64,000 nucleotides of DNA from Thermoanaerobaculia bacterium (GTDB lineage Bacteria > Acidobacteriota > Thermoanaerobaculia > Multivoradales > JAHEKO01), in contig CALZKB010000010.1 in NCBI GenBank assembly GCA_945787575.1, forward strand, positions 3,659-67,658, read 5' to 3'. Every line of letters starts with the position of its first letter. Position 1 is the stretch's first letter. The notes beneath the pieces are model-generated. The model was not told the DNA's origin. It ran no database searches and worked only from the letters and a program-made list of their open reading frames with translations. This document shows, in pieces, positions 10,168 through 20,582 of the stretch. The position numbers and the translations under genes were made by a program.

Positions 10168-10841
10168 CCGTCGCCGTGAGGGCCGAGCGCCTGGCCAAGT
10201 CCTACCGCGACGGGGCGCGGATCGTCCACGTCCTCGAGGGCGCCAACCTCCAGGTCGAAGCCGGAGAGTTCGTCGCGGTCGTCGGACCGTCGGGCTGCGG
10301 CAAGTCGACTCTCTTGCACCTTCTGGGCGGGCTCGACCGTCCGGACGCCGGAACGATCACCATCGGCGGGCAGCCGTGGGGGCCGCTGGGAAGCAAGGCG
10401 GCGGCAGCCTTCCGCAACCGGACGATCGGGTTCGTCTTCCAGTTCCAAGAGCTGCTGGCGGACTTCACGGCGCTCGAGAACGTGATGCTGCCAGGGAGGA
10501 TCCGGGGATTGGCGGGCGCCGAGCTCGAGCAGCGAGCGAACGGTCTGCTCGAGGAGGTTGGGCTGACCGATCGTGCGGGTGCCTTTCCGAGTCAGCTCTC
10601 GGGAGGAGAGCGACAGCGGGTCGCGCTCTGCCGCGCACTGCTTCTGGAGCCGCCCCTCCTCCTCGCGGACGAGCCGACCGGAAGTCTCGACCCCGCCAGT
10701 GGTGACGCGGTCTTCGAACTGATGCTCGGACTTCAGAGACGCCACGGGACGACCGCGCTGGTGGTTACCCACAACCCGGAGCTGGCCGAGCGCTGTGGTA
10801 GAGTTTTGCGGCTTGATGAAGGGCGGCTAACCCAGCTGTGA
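10164..10841 (+). CDS. lolD: ABC transporter ATP-binding protein, LolD type
   Basis: Walker A GPSGCGKST, signature LSGGERQRV, Walker B LLLADEPTGSLD. GTG 10164 overlaps the lolE stop. Confidence 0.8.
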   Translation: MTVAVRAERLAKSYRDGARIVHVLEGANLQVEAGEFVAVVGPSGCGKSTLLHLLGGLDRPDAGTITIGGQPWGPLGSKAAAAFRNRTIGFVFQFQELLADFTALENVMLPGRIRGLAGAELEQRANGLLEEVGLTDRAGAFPSQLSGGERQRVALCRALLLEPPLLLADEPTGSLDPASGDAVFELMLGLQRRHGTTALVVTHNPELAERCGRVLRLDEGRLTQL

Positions 10842-10877
10842 AAAGGCGTCTCGGCCCGTCGGAAAGCGACCTAGGAC

Positions 10878-13319
10878 ATGTTCGAGAAATACAACGAGAA
10901 GGCTCGTCGAGCGCTCTTCTTCGCTCGCTACGAGGCGAGCAAGCTCGGTAGCCGGGTCATCGAGTCGGAGCACATCCTGCTGGGCATCCTCCGCGAGGGC
11001 GAGGAAGCGGTATCCGAGATCCTCCAGCGGTTCGACGTCAAGGCCGACGAGCTGCGACGAGAGATCGAAGGAGAACGGGTCTTTGTCGAGCGCATCTCTT
11101 CGACCGCCGAGCTTCCGCTGTCCGAGGAGTCGAAGAAGATCCTCGCCTATGCCTCCCACGAGGCGGAGAGCATGCTGCACAGCGCCGTCGGGTCGGAACA
11201 CCTGTTGATCGGGATCCTCCGGGTCGACAGCTGTCTCGCGGCTCGGGCGCTCGTGCAGAGCGGGATCGATCTCTACACCCTGCGCGAGGAGGTGCTTTCG
11301 ATCGCCAGGGAGCGCGAGGCGACTGATCAGAAGAAGGAGCTTCCGTATCTGTCGGAGTATGCGCGCGACCTCACCCAGCTGGCGGCGCAGGGAGAGTTCG
11401 ACCCGCTCGTCGGCCGCGAGGCCGAGCTCGAGAGGATCATCGAGATCCTCTCTCGGCGCACCAAGAACAACCCGATCCTCCTCGGCGAGCCGGGAGTCGG
11501 AAAGACGGCGATCGTCGAAGGCCTGGCCCATCGAATCGTCCAGGGGCAGGTGCCGATCGTCCTCGCGAGCAAGCGGTTCTTGGCCCTCGACCTTTCGCTG
11601 ATCGTGGCGGGCACGAAGTACCGCGGGCAGTTCGAGGAGCGGCTGAAGGGCATTCTCAAGGAGCTGCGCGAGAGCCAGGACATCGTCATCTTCATCGACG
11701 AGATCCACTCGCTGATCGGAGCCGGGTCCGCCGAAGGATCGCTCGACGCGGCGAACATCCTCAAGCCGGCGCTGTCGCGCGGAGAGGTCTCCTGCATCGG
11801 CGCGACCACCCTCAAAGAGTTCCGCAAGTACATCGAAAAGGACCGTTCTCTCCTGCGGCGCTTCCAGTCGATCCAGATCGAGCAGCCGTCGCCCGAGGAG
11901 ACCCTCGCGATCCTCCAGGGGGTCAAGGAGCGCTACGAGACCTTCCATCACGTCGAGTACTCGGCCGACGCCCTGGAGGCGGCGATCTACCAGTCGACGC
12001 GCTACATCGCCGACCGTCACCAGCCCGACAAGGCGATCGACGTCATCGACGAAGCGGGAGCCAAGGTCAAGCTGCGACGGGTTCGCGACACCCAGAAGGT
12101 GCGACGGATCGAGGAGGAGATCCAGCAAGTCATCAAGGCGATGAAGGGGGCGATCTCCGACAAGGACTTCGAGCGCGCCGTCTACCTGAGGGAACAGGAG
12201 ATCGAGCTGCGCGAGAATCTCGAGCGGGTTCGCGGCGCCGATGCCGACGACCAGGCGGTCGAGGTTCGCCGCGCCGACATCGAGGCGGTGATCTCGGCAT
12301 GGACCGGCATTCCGGTGTCGAGTCTCCAAAGCGACGAGGCCGACAAGTTGATGCACATGGAGGCGATTCTGCGGCGGCGAGTTGTCGGGCAGGACCACGC
12401 CATCAACTCGATCAGTCGGGCGATCCGGAGATCGCGTCTCGGCGTGAGCAACCCCCAACGCCCGGTCGGTTCCTTCGTCTTCCTGGGAGCGTCCGGGGTC
12501 GGCAAGACCGAGACCGCCCGCCAGCTCGGCGAGTTCCTTTTCGGTAGCCAGGACTCGGTCGTGCGGTTCGACATGAGCGAGTACATGGAAAAGCACGCCG
12601 TCTCCAAACTGATCGGTTCGCCGCCCGGCTACGTCGGCCATGAAGAGGGCGGCCAGCTCACGGAGAGGCTTCGTAGGAGCCCCTACTCGATCGTGCTGTT
12701 CGACGAGATCGAAAAGGCCCATCCCGACGTCCTCAATCTGCTCCTCCAGATTCTCGAAGATGGGACGCTGACCGACGCCTACGGAAACAGCGTCGACTTC
12801 AAGAACTCGATCGTCCTCATGACGTCCAACCTCGGCAGCAAGCTGGTCGTCCGTGGAGGCCTCATGGGCTTCGGCGGATCCGACGATGCGGAGGACTTCG
12901 CGCGGGTCGAGCAGGAGATTCTGAGTGAGCTGCAGCGTGCCTTCAGCCCGGAGTTCATCAATCGAGTCGACGAGGTCATCGTCTTCAAGCCCCTGGGCGA
13001 GCCGCAGCTGATGGCGATCGTCGATCTGCTGCTGGCGGACGTCAACTGCACGCTCGCTCAACGCAGGCTCGAGGTGGTCATCGACGACCAGGCACGACGT
13101 TGGCTGATCAACGAGGCGGGGGTGGAGCCGGCGACCGGAGCCCGTCCTCTTCGCAGAACGATTCAGCGCCACATTCAGGACGCTATCTCGGAGCTGCTGA
13201 TCGCTTGCCCCGATGCCGATTTGGGCACGGTCCGAGTATCGGTAGTCGACGGCGCTCTCGATCTGAAGCCACGGCGGAAGCCCGTCGCGTCCACGACGAT
13301 GCCCTCGGCAGGCAACTAG
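10878..13319 (+). CDS. clpC: ATP-dependent Clp protease ATP-binding subunit ClpC
   Basis: Double Clp N-repeat (SEHILLGILREGE / SEHLLIGILR), two AAA+ modules (GEPGVGKTA, GASGVGKTE) and a UVR-like linker (KDFERAVYLREQEIELRENL). Confidence 0.9.
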   Translation: MFEKYNEKARRALFFARYEASKLGSRVIESEHILLGILREGEEAVSEILQRFDVKADELRREIEGERVFVERISSTAELPLSEESKKILAYASHEAESMLHSAVGSEHLLIGILRVDSCLAARALVQSGIDLYTLREEVLSIAREREATDQKKELPYLSEYARDLTQLAAQGEFDPLVGREAELERIIEILSRRTKNNPILLGEPGVGKTAIVEGLAHRIVQGQVPIVLASKRFLALDLSLIVAGTKYRGQFEERLKGILKELRESQDIVIFIDEIHSLIGAGSAEGSLDAANILKPALSRGEVSCIGATTLKEFRKYIEKDRSLLRRFQSIQIEQPSPEETLAILQGVKERYETFHHVEYSADALEAAIYQSTRYIADRHQPDKAIDVIDEAGAKVKLRRVRDTQKVRRIEEEIQQVIKAMKGAISDKDFERAVYLREQEIELRENLERVRGADADDQAVEVRRADIEAVISAWTGIPVSSLQSDEADKLMHMEAILRRRVVGQDHAINSISRAIRRSRLGVSNPQRPVGSFVFLGASGVGKTETARQLGEFLFGSQDSVVRFDMSEYMEKHAVSKLIGSPPGYVGHEEGGQLTERLRRSPYSIVLFDEIEKAHPDVLNLLLQILEDGTLTDAYGNSVDFKNSIVLMTSNLGSKLVVRGGLMGFGGSDDAEDFARVEQEILSELQRAFSPEFINRVDEVIVFKPLGEPQLMAIVDLLLADVNCTLAQRRLEVVIDDQARRWLINEAGVEPATGARPLRRTIQRHIQDAISELLIACPDADLGTVRVSVVDGALDLKPRRKPVASTTMPSAGN

Positions 13320-13432
13320 CCTCGCCGCGATCGACGTTGCCCTGATCATGGATCGTTTCTTGCACGTCAGCGCTGGCGGATGTCTGGAGATCGCGTGAGC
13401 TGCGTCCTCTCGAGGGCTCGAGGTGAAGGCGA

Positions 13433-15853
13433 ATGACTGACCGGCTTGGCGGGTGGCATGCGAGAGCGCTTCGGGGTCGGGCCCCGAGCGGGCTTCGCGC
13501 AGCTTTGGCTGGCGCCTGCCTATTCGGCACGGCGCTGCTTGCCGGGCCCGCCGGAGCGCAGCTCTACAACGGACAGCAGATCGTCGAGCTCGAGTTCGAA
13601 GGACTCGAGACACTCAGCGAGAGCACTCTCCGGTTCTACCTCGGCTTGGAGGAGGGGGCGGCCCACACGGCGGCGTCGCTCAACGACAAGATTCACCTGC
13701 TCTGGTCGCGCAACCTGATCGACGACCTGACCGTTCAGACCGATCAGGTCCCCGGTGGGGTGCGGATGGTCGTCACCCTGAAAGAGCGCCCGACTCTCGC
13801 TTCCGTCGAGTATCAGGGCCTCAAGCGAATTCAGCGCGACGACATCAGCGACCGGATCACGCGTGACGGCATCCGGGCCCGTGAAGGCGATCCGCTGAGC
13901 GACGGCGAGCTCCACCGTCTGAAGGCGGCCATCGAAGACCTCTACCACGAGCGCGGCTACCGGCTGGCCGAGGCGACGTACGTCATCGATACGACCTTGA
14001 GCGGCGAACGGCGAGCGGTGTTCACGGTCGACGAGGGGGACAAGGTTCGGATCTCCGAGGTCGATTTCGAAGGCAACACGGTCTTCAGCGACAGCCGTCT
14101 CAAGTGGGTCATGCGCCAGACCAAGGAGACCGGCTTCATGACCAAGCTCCTCCAGCGCGACGTGTTCGAAGAAGCCAAGTTCGAGGAGGATCTCGACAAG
14201 CTTCGCGAGATCTATCGGAAGGCGGGATACAAGAACCTCGTCGTCGGCGAGCCCGAGATCGACATCACGGCCGAGCGCCCAGAGCGGGCCACGATCGCCG
14301 AGCAGCGGCGGCGGATGGTGATCACCATTCCGGTCGAGGAAGGGCAGCGCTGGAAGCTCGGCGAGATCAACATCGAGGGCAACGACAAGTTCCCCGAGGA
14401 GCTGCTCCTCACCCAGTTCGAGAAGCCACGCGGCGGTTGGCTGCGCTCGACCGTGATCGACAAGGGTGTTGAGGCGATCGGCGAGGTCTACCGCAACACC
14501 GGCTATCTCTTCGCCAGCGTCGAGTCGGAACTGGTCGAGCGAGAGGCCGACGTCGCCGACGTGATCGTCAAGGTCGACGAAGGAGACCAGTACCGGGTAG
14601 GCCGAATCGAGTTCGTCGGCAACCTGAAGACGAAGGACAAGGTGATTCGGCGGGAGCTCGGAGTTCAGGAAGGGCGCATCCTCAGTTCGGGATCGCTCAA
14701 GAACTCACTACTCAGAGTCCGCCAGCTCGAGTTCTTCAAGATCGACGAGGACAATCCCGTGGAGTTCGACTTCAACAGCGAGGAGAAGACCGTCGACCTC
14801 ACGATCAAGGGCGAAGAAGGCCAGCGCACCGAGTTGCTCTTCGGCGGCGGCTTCAGCGAGATCGACGGCTTCTTCGGGCAGATTCAATTCCGAACCCGCA
14901 ATTTCCTCGGTCGCGGCGAGACGGTCGGGGTGTCGCTCCAATCGGGCGGCCGACAGGATGTGTTCGACCTCTCGTACAGCGTGCCCTGGCTGTTCGACAA
15001 GCCCCAGAATCTCGGAATCCAAGCGTTCAAGCGCCGGCTCGATTATCAGTTTCTGGACGGTCAGCAGATCTTCCAGGACACTGAGGGCGGCACCCTGACT
15101 TACGGGCGCCGCCTCAGTCTGTTCACGACGCTGTCCGCGAGCTACAGCCGGTTCGCGTCGGTCGACAGCCGCAGCTTGATCTCGCTCGGCAATCTCGTGA
15201 CCCAGGAGTTCTCGCGAGACGTTTCCAGCTTCCGGTTGGTGTACGGGTTCGATAAGCGAGACAGCGTGCTCACCCCTACGCGTGGAATGCGCTATTCGTT
15301 GAGCACGGACTACTCGGGCGGTGTTCTGGGCGGCAGTACCGACTTCGTTCGACCCCGGGCACAGTTCAGCTTCTTCAAGCCCCTCTCTCAAACCCGTCTG
15401 CAGACGGTGGCGGCAATCAACGTCGAGGCGGGTCTGATCGAGGGCTTCGGTGACGGACCCCTGTTTTTCAACGATCGGTTCTATCTCGGTGGGGAGTCCA
15501 ACCTCCGCGGCCACCGGTTCCGGTCGTTCTGGGTTCGGGAAATGGACGGCACGCGCCGGACCGATGAGCAGGGATTCCCGATCGGCGGAGACACGTTCTT
15601 TCAGATCAATCTCGAGTATCAGCTGCTCATGGGCGGGCCGTTCCGGATTCTGGCGTTCTTCGACGCCGCCAACGTATTCGCTCGAGATCAGACGATCTCG
15701 CTCGACGACCTGCGCAGAACGGCCGGGGTCGAGCTTCGGGTCAATATCCCGGCCTTCGGCGCGCCTTTGCGGTTCATCTATTCGAACAACCTGGATCCTT
15801 TCGCCGACGATCGCTTCGAGAGCTTTCGATTCAGCGTAGGAGCGGGTTTCTAA
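13433..15853 (+). CDS. bamA: outer membrane protein assembly factor BamA
   Basis: Signal peptide, repeated POTRA-like modules, and a C-terminal Omp85 barrel ending ...FRFSVGAGF. It lies in the classical bamA-skp-lpxD context. Confidence 0.9.
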   Translation: MTDRLGGWHARALRGRAPSGLRAALAGACLFGTALLAGPAGAQLYNGQQIVELEFEGLETLSESTLRFYLGLEEGAAHTAASLNDKIHLLWSRNLIDDLTVQTDQVPGGVRMVVTLKERPTLASVEYQGLKRIQRDDISDRITRDGIRAREGDPLSDGELHRLKAAIEDLYHERGYRLAEATYVIDTTLSGERRAVFTVDEGDKVRISEVDFEGNTVFSDSRLKWVMRQTKETGFMTKLLQRDVFEEAKFEEDLDKLREIYRKAGYKNLVVGEPEIDITAERPERATIAEQRRRMVITIPVEEGQRWKLGEINIEGNDKFPEELLLTQFEKPRGGWLRSTVIDKGVEAIGEVYRNTGYLFASVESELVEREADVADVIVKVDEGDQYRVGRIEFVGNLKTKDKVIRRELGVQEGRILSSGSLKNSLLRVRQLEFFKIDEDNPVEFDFNSEEKTVDLTIKGEEGQRTELLFGGGFSEIDGFFGQIQFRTRNFLGRGETVGVSLQSGGRQDVFDLSYSVPWLFDKPQNLGIQAFKRRLDYQFLDGQQIFQDTEGGTLTYGRRLSLFTTLSASYSRFASVDSRSLISLGNLVTQEFSRDVSSFRLVYGFDKRDSVLTPTRGMRYSLSTDYSGGVLGGSTDFVRPRAQFSFFKPLSQTRLQTVAAINVEAGLIEGFGDGPLFFNDRFYLGGESNLRGHRFRSFWVREMDGTRRTDEQGFPIGGDTFFQINLEYQLLMGGPFRILAFFDAANVFARDQTISLDDLRRTAGVELRVNIPAFGAPLRFIYSNNLDPFADDRFESFRFSVGAGF

Positions 15854-15876
15854 GACTACTAGAGGAGTTCATCGCC

Positions 15877-16431
15877 ATGAGTCGTAGCATCCGCAACCAC
15901 ATCTCGGCAGGGGCTGTCGCGGCCGTTCTGCTGGTCACGGGCTCTTCCGCAGCCCCGGCTTTCGCGCAAGAGGGCGGATCGACCGTCGCCGTCATCGACG
16001 TCCGCCGAATCCTCACCGAGTCCCAAGCCGGACAGGCGGCGATCGAGTCTCTGAGGCAACTCGCCGAGCAGAAGCAGGCCGAGCTGGCGGCTCAGGAAGA
16101 AGAGGCGTCCAACCTCCAAGAGGCGATCGACAGCCAGCGCCTGGCTCTCGCCGAGACCAAGATCAAGGAGATGGAGCGGGATCTCCAGAACAAGATGATC
16201 GACCTGCGACGACGGCAGGACGACGCCCGGCGCGAGATCGAAGAGCGCCAAGTGGAGGAGTTCGGGGAGATCGAGAAGAAGGTGATGCCCCTCATTCAAC
16301 AGCTCGGCGAGGAGATGGGATACACATTGATCTTCAATAAGTACGAAGACAGTGGCCTGCTCTTCGCCGCGGCCGGAGCGGACATCACAGCCGAGGTCCT
16401 CGAGCGCTTTGACGCCCTGCCCGAAGGATAG
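15877..16431 (+). CDS. skp: OmpH/Skp family periplasmic chaperone
   Basis: Signal peptide (AAVLLVTGSSAAPAFAQ) followed by a long charged coiled-coil region. It sits between bamA and lpxD. Confidence 0.8.
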   Translation: MSRSIRNHISAGAVAAVLLVTGSSAAPAFAQEGGSTVAVIDVRRILTESQAGQAAIESLRQLAEQKQAELAAQEEEASNLQEAIDSQRLALAETKIKEMERDLQNKMIDLRRRQDDARREIEERQVEEFGEIEKKVMPLIQQLGEEMGYTLIFNKYEDSGLLFAAAGADITAEVLERFDALPEG

Positions 16432-16434
16432 CGA

Positions 16435-17466
16435 TTGGCAGAGACGCTAGCCAGCCTCGCCGAGCTCGTCGGCGGCGAGGCTCGAGGAGACCCGGCGCGC
16501 ATCTTGCGCCGGGTTCGCGCCCTGGACGCAGCGACCGCCGAAGATCTGTCGTTCCTGACGAATCGTCGCTACCTCGATCAGGCGAGATCCAGCAAGGCTG
16601 GCGCGCTTCTCGTCGGAGAGGGTGTCGAAGGCTTGCCTCAAGACCTGCTGGTGGCGGCGGAGCCTTACCTTGCCCTGGCCCGGATCCTGAACCGCTTCAC
16701 TCCTGATCCGGAACAGCCCCAGGGAGTTCACTCGAGCGCGGTCGTCTCCGAGTCCGCGGCGATCTCGACGAGCGCTTCCATAGGACCCTACTGCGTGATC
16801 GGCGAGCGGGTCTCGGTCGGCGAAGGGACTCGAATCGGAGCGCATTGCGTTCTCGGAGACGACGTGGTCGTCGGCTCCGGCTGCACGCTGCACCCTCGGG
16901 TGACGCTCTACGCGAGATCCGAGGTGGGTGCGCGGTGCATCTTGCACTCGGGGGTCGTGGTCGGGGCTGACGGATACGGCTTCGCGACGAGCGGCGGCGC
17001 GCACCACAAGCTCCCGCACATCGGCCGCGCGGTTCTGGAGGACGATGTGGAGGTCGGCGCCAACTCCACGATCGATCGAGCTCTGCTCGGCGAGACTCGC
17101 GTCGGGGCCGGCACCAAGATCGACGACCTGGTCATGGTCGCCCACAACGTACAGGTCGGCCGCGGCTGCCTCCTCGTCGCCCAAGCCGGAATCGCCGGGA
17201 GCGCCCGTTTGGGCGACTTCGTCACGGTCGCCGGGCAGTCCGGTATCATCGGCCACGTCGAGGTCGGAGACGGGGTCGTGGTCGCCACCAAGTCGGCCGT
17301 CCTGCAGGGAGTCGACAAGGGCCGGCAGGTAGCCGGGATTCCGGCGGTGGATCTGCCACAGTGGCGACGCCAGCAAGCGCTGATTCGACGGCTCGGAGAC
17401 CTACGGGCGAGGCTGTTGCGGCTCGAACGAGAGAGAGAGAGGCCCGATTACGAGGATGAAGAGTGA
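16435..17466 (+). CDS. lpxD: UDP-3-O-(3-hydroxyacyl)glucosamine N-acyltransferase
   Basis: LpxD N-terminal domain ([23 protein letters not shown]) plus long hexapeptide-repeat beta-helix. TTG start 4 nt after the skp stop. Confidence 0.9.
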   Translation: MAETLASLAELVGGEARGDPARILRRVRALDAATAEDLSFLTNRRYLDQARSSKAGALLVGEGVEGLPQDLLVAAEPYLALARILNRFTPDPEQPQGVHSSAVVSESAAISTSASIGPYCVIGERVSVGEGTRIGAHCVLGDDVVVGSGCTLHPRVTLYARSEVGARCILHSGVVVGADGYGFATSGGAHHKLPHIGRAVLEDDVEVGANSTIDRALLGETRVGAGTKIDDLVMVAHNVQVGRGCLLVAQAGIAGSARLGDFVTVAGQSGIIGHVEVGDGVVVATKSAVLQGVDKGRQVAGIPAVDLPQWRRQQALIRRLGDLRARLLRLERERERPDYEDEE

Positions 17467-17912
17467 GTAGCGACGAGCAGGAGATGGACATTCGGTGGAT
17501 CTTCTCGGTTCTGCCGCATCGCTACCCATTCCTGCTGGTCGACCGGGTGCTCGAGATCGAGCCGGGCAGGAGCATCCGCGCGTTCAAGAACGTGACGGCG
17601 AACGAGGAGTTCTTCAATGGACACTTCCCGGGCCACCCGGTGATGCCCGGCGTGATGATCATCGAGGGGCTGGCCCAGGCGGCAGGAATCTTGACGCTGC
17701 ACGACCGCCCTCATCGGGAGGAAACGCTGATGTACTTCACCGGTATCGACAAGGCTCGCTTCCGGCGCCCGGTCGTACCCGGCGACCGGCTGGTCTACGA
17801 GGTCGAGATTCTGAGAATCAGAGAGAGATACTGCAAGCTCAGCGGGCGCGCCCTGGTCGACGGCAACGTCGCCGCCGAGGCGACGATGGCTTCCGCCCTG
17901 GTGGACCGCTAG
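17463..17912 (+). CDS. fabZ: 3-hydroxyacyl-ACP dehydratase FabZ
   Basis: [13 protein letters not shown] and [26 protein letters not shown] hot-dog motifs. GTGA overlap with lpxD. Confidence 0.93.
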   Translation: MSSDEQEMDIRWIFSVLPHRYPFLLVDRVLEIEPGRSIRAFKNVTANEEFFNGHFPGHPVMPGVMIIEGLAQAAGILTLHDRPHREETLMYFTGIDKARFRRPVVPGDRLVYEVEILRIRERYCKLSGRALVDGNVAAEATMASALVDR

Positions 17913-17933
17913 ATTGCGAGACGGAGAGATCAG

Positions 17934-18752
17934 TTGAGCGAGCTTATCCACCCGACTGCCGTGATCGATCCGAGGGCCGAGCTGGCGGCGGGCGTGCGGG
18001 TCGGGGCTTATGCCGTCGTCGGAGCCCACGTCACTATCGGAGAGGGCTGCGAGATCGGCTCGTCAGCCCAGGTCGAGGGGCCGATCGTACTCGGGCGAGA
18101 AAACCGGATCTTCCCTCACGCTTGCATCGGATTCGAACCTCAGGATCTCAAGTATCAAGGCGAAGAGACCCGCCTCCAGATCGGTTGCGGCAACACGTTT
18201 CGTGAGTTCTGCACCATCCATCGTGGGACCGACAAGGGTGGCGGCATCACGACGATCGGGGACGACAACCTCTTCATGGCCTATGCTCACGTAGCCCACG
18301 ACTGCCACGTCGGTGACCGCACCGTTTTCAGCAACGGTGGCACATTGGCCGGACACGTGGACGTTCACGACGACGCCGTCGTCGGCGCATACAGCGCCGT
18401 GCACCAGCACTGCCGGGTCGGCCGCCACGCCTACATAGGGGGCTATTCGGTGATCACTCAGGACGCGCTCCCCTTCGTGAAGACGGTCGGACACCGACCC
18501 GCGGTCTACGGACTCAACAAGGTCGGCCTCGAGCGCAAGGGCTTCGATGCCGAAACCCTGAAGCGGCTGGAGGTCGCACTGCGCGTGCTACTGCGCAGCG
18601 GTCTCTCGACGTCGAGCGCCTTGGAGCGGCTTCGGCTGGATCACTCGGACGGGGCGGAGGTCGACGAGCTCATCGAGTTCGTCGCGGGGAGCGAGCGCGG
18701 AGTGATCAAGACTCTCCCCGGTAGTCGCCGTAGCCGGGGCGGCGGTGGCTGA
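17934..18752 (+). CDS. lpxA: acyl-ACP--UDP-N-acetylglucosamine O-acyltransferase
   Basis: IHPTAVIDPRAEL start, hexapeptide repeats, and the helical C-terminal domain of LpxA. Confidence 0.93.
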   Translation: MSELIHPTAVIDPRAELAAGVRVGAYAVVGAHVTIGEGCEIGSSAQVEGPIVLGRENRIFPHACIGFEPQDLKYQGEETRLQIGCGNTFREFCTIHRGTDKGGGITTIGDDNLFMAYAHVAHDCHVGDRTVFSNGGTLAGHVDVHDDAVVGAYSAVHQHCRVGRHAYIGGYSVITQDALPFVKTVGHRPAVYGLNKVGLERKGFDAETLKRLEVALRVLLRSGLSTSSALERLRLDHSDGAEVDELIEFVAGSERGVIKTLPGSRRSRGGGG

Positions 18753-19683
18753 GGCGGCGGTACCGTTGCGCGTCGGGGTCGTCGGTACCGGCGCGCTCGG
18801 CCGGCACCACGTCCGGATCCTCGGCGAGCTCCCCGAGGCCGATCTCGTCGGGGTCGTCGATCGGCGTGCCGAGGTGGCGAGGAAGCTGGCGGCGGAGCAC
18901 GGGACCCGCGTTTTCGCATCTCCTGCCGAGCTCGCGAGGGAGGTGGATGCCGCGATCGTCGCGGTTCCGACGGTCGACCATCTGGCGGTCGCGGAGCCGC
19001 TCTTGGAGGCCGGAGTACACGTGCTCGTCGAGAAGCCGATCGCATCGACACTAGACGAGGCCGACCGGTTGATCGAGCTGTCCGGAGACCGCGTTCTGGC
19101 GGTCGGGCATGTCGAGTTCTACAACCCTGCCGTGCAGGCGCTGCTCGAGATCGGTGGGGCCCCCGGGTTCGTGGAAGTCGAGCGCCTCGCGGCATTCACA
19201 CCGCGGAGCCTCGATGTCGACGTCGTCCTCGACCTCATGATCCACGATCTGCAGATTCTCCATGCCCTGGATCCGAGTCCGCTCCGCGAGGTGAGGGCGA
19301 CCGGCATTCAGGTTCTGACCGACCGGGTCGACATTGCCAATGTCCGCCTCGAGCTCGAATCGCGGTGTGTGGCCAATCTGACGGCCTCCCGGGTGTCGGC
19401 GGAGCGCGCGCGCAAACTGCGCGTCTTCTTGCGGAGAAGCTACTTCTCACTCGACTATCAGGCGCAGTCACTCCGCGGTTACGAGCTCGTCGACGGCAAC
19501 GGCGAACGCACGATCCAGCCGGTCGATCGGCCGGTGGAGCGGGCGGAGCCGCTCAAGGTCGAGCTCAGGCACTTCCTGGCCTCCTGCCGAGGCGACGAGG
19601 TGCCTCTCGTCACGGGGGAGGCCGGCCGGCAAGCTCTCGCCACGGCGACTCGCATTCTCGACGTAGTCGGCTCCTCGTCCTAG
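18745..19683 (+). CDS. Gfo/Idh/MocA family NAD(P)-dependent oxidoreductase
   Basis: N-terminal Rossmann motif (RVGVVGTGALGRHH), EKP motif (VLVEKPIA), and a C-terminal alpha/beta domain. GTG 18745 overlaps the lpxA 3' end by 8 nt. Confidence 0.75.
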   Translation: MAEAAVPLRVGVVGTGALGRHHVRILGELPEADLVGVVDRRAEVARKLAAEHGTRVFASPAELAREVDAAIVAVPTVDHLAVAEPLLEAGVHVLVEKPIASTLDEADRLIELSGDRVLAVGHVEFYNPAVQALLEIGGAPGFVEVERLAAFTPRSLDVDVVLDLMIHDLQILHALDPSPLREVRATGIQVLTDRVDIANVRLELESRCVANLTASRVSAERARKLRVFLRRSYFSLDYQAQSLRGYELVDGNGERTIQPVDRPVERAEPLKVELRHFLASCRGDEVPLVTGEAGRQALATATRILDVVGSSS

Positions 19684-19694
19684 CGGGAATCCTC

Positions 19695-20582
19695 GTGTCC
19701 GGCATCAAAATCGGAGTCTTGGGCGGGAGCGGGCTCTACCGGATGGCCGGCCTGAGCCGGGTCGAGAGCCGTGCTGTCGAGACCCCGTTCGGCAGTCCCT
19801 CGGCCAGCTACGCGGTCGGCGAGCTCGAGGGGGTGGACGTGGCGTTCTTGGCTCGTCACGGCGAAGGGCATTGGATCCTCCCCTCGGAGCTCAACTTCCG
19901 GGCGAACATCTATGGATTCAAGCTGCTCGGAGTCGACTGGCTGATCTCGGTCGGCGCGGTCGGCTCGATGCAGGAGCGCTATGCGCCCACCGACATCGTC
20001 GTGCCGGACCAGTTCTACGATCGTACCCGGCACCGCAAGGACACGTTCTTCGGCGAAGGCCTGGCGGCCCACGTGTCGATGGCCGATCCCGTCTGCAGCG
20101 AGTTGCGAGCGATTCTGCTCGAAGCGGCGATCGCCAGTGGTGCCGTGACCCATGATGGAGGCACCTACCTCTGCATGGAGGGGCCGCAGTTCTCGACCCG
20201 CGCCGAGTCTCGGATCTACCGGCAGTGGGGAGTCGACGTCATCGGCATGACCAATCTGCAGGAGGCGAAGCTCGCGCGGGAAGCGGAAATGTCCTACGCC
20301 ACGCTCGCGATGGTGACCGACTACGACTGCTGGCACGAGGAGGAGGAGGACGTCGAGGTCACCAACGTCCTCGAGGTTCTCCAGCAGAACGCGGCCAAGG
20401 CCGAGGAGGTGATTCGACTGGCAGTCAAGCGAATCGGTCGCGACCGCCCGTGCCCCTGGACGGGCAGCCTCAGGTACGCGATGATCACCCGGCCCGAGTG
20501 GGTGCCGCAGGAGACGCGGGACCGGCTCGCGGCGATCGTGGGTTCCTACTTCGACGACGACCCGGAGACGAAAGACGGATGA
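19695..20582 (+). CDS. mtnP: S-methyl-5'-thioadenosine phosphorylase
   Basis: IGVLGGSGLY, FLARHG, and GMTNLQEAKLAREAEMSYATLAMVTDYDCW are typical of MTAP/PNP family 2. The in-frame GTG at 19695 lies just after the preceding stop. Confidence 0.88.
   Translation: MSGIKIGVLGGSGLYRMAGLSRVESRAVETPFGSPSASYAVGELEGVDVAFLARHGEGHWILPSELNFRANIYGFKLLGVDWLISVGAVGSMQERYAPTDIVVPDQFYDRTRHRKDTFFGEGLAAHVSMADPVCSELRAILLEAAIASGAVTHDGGTYLCMEGPQFSTRAESRIYRQWGVDVIGMTNLQEAKLAREAEMSYATLAMVTDYDCWHEEEEDVEVTNVLEVLQQNAAKAEEVIRLAVKRIGRDRPCPWTGSLRYAMITRPEWVPQETRDRLAAIVGSYFDDDPETKDG

Noticed and set aside
10827-13613. 928-codon ORF on the minus strand, with similar very long antisense ORFs at 28586..30091, 43126..44613, 25700..27049, 53014..54420, 57307..58428 and 58950..60002.
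   Set aside because: Each lies exactly antisense to a gene with textbook motifs (clpC, guaA, phoH, cinA, ppdK, rnc, asnS/eamA). Their translations are Arg/Gly/Pro/Asp-rich with no recognisable domains. Long stop-free antisense frames are expected at this GC content.
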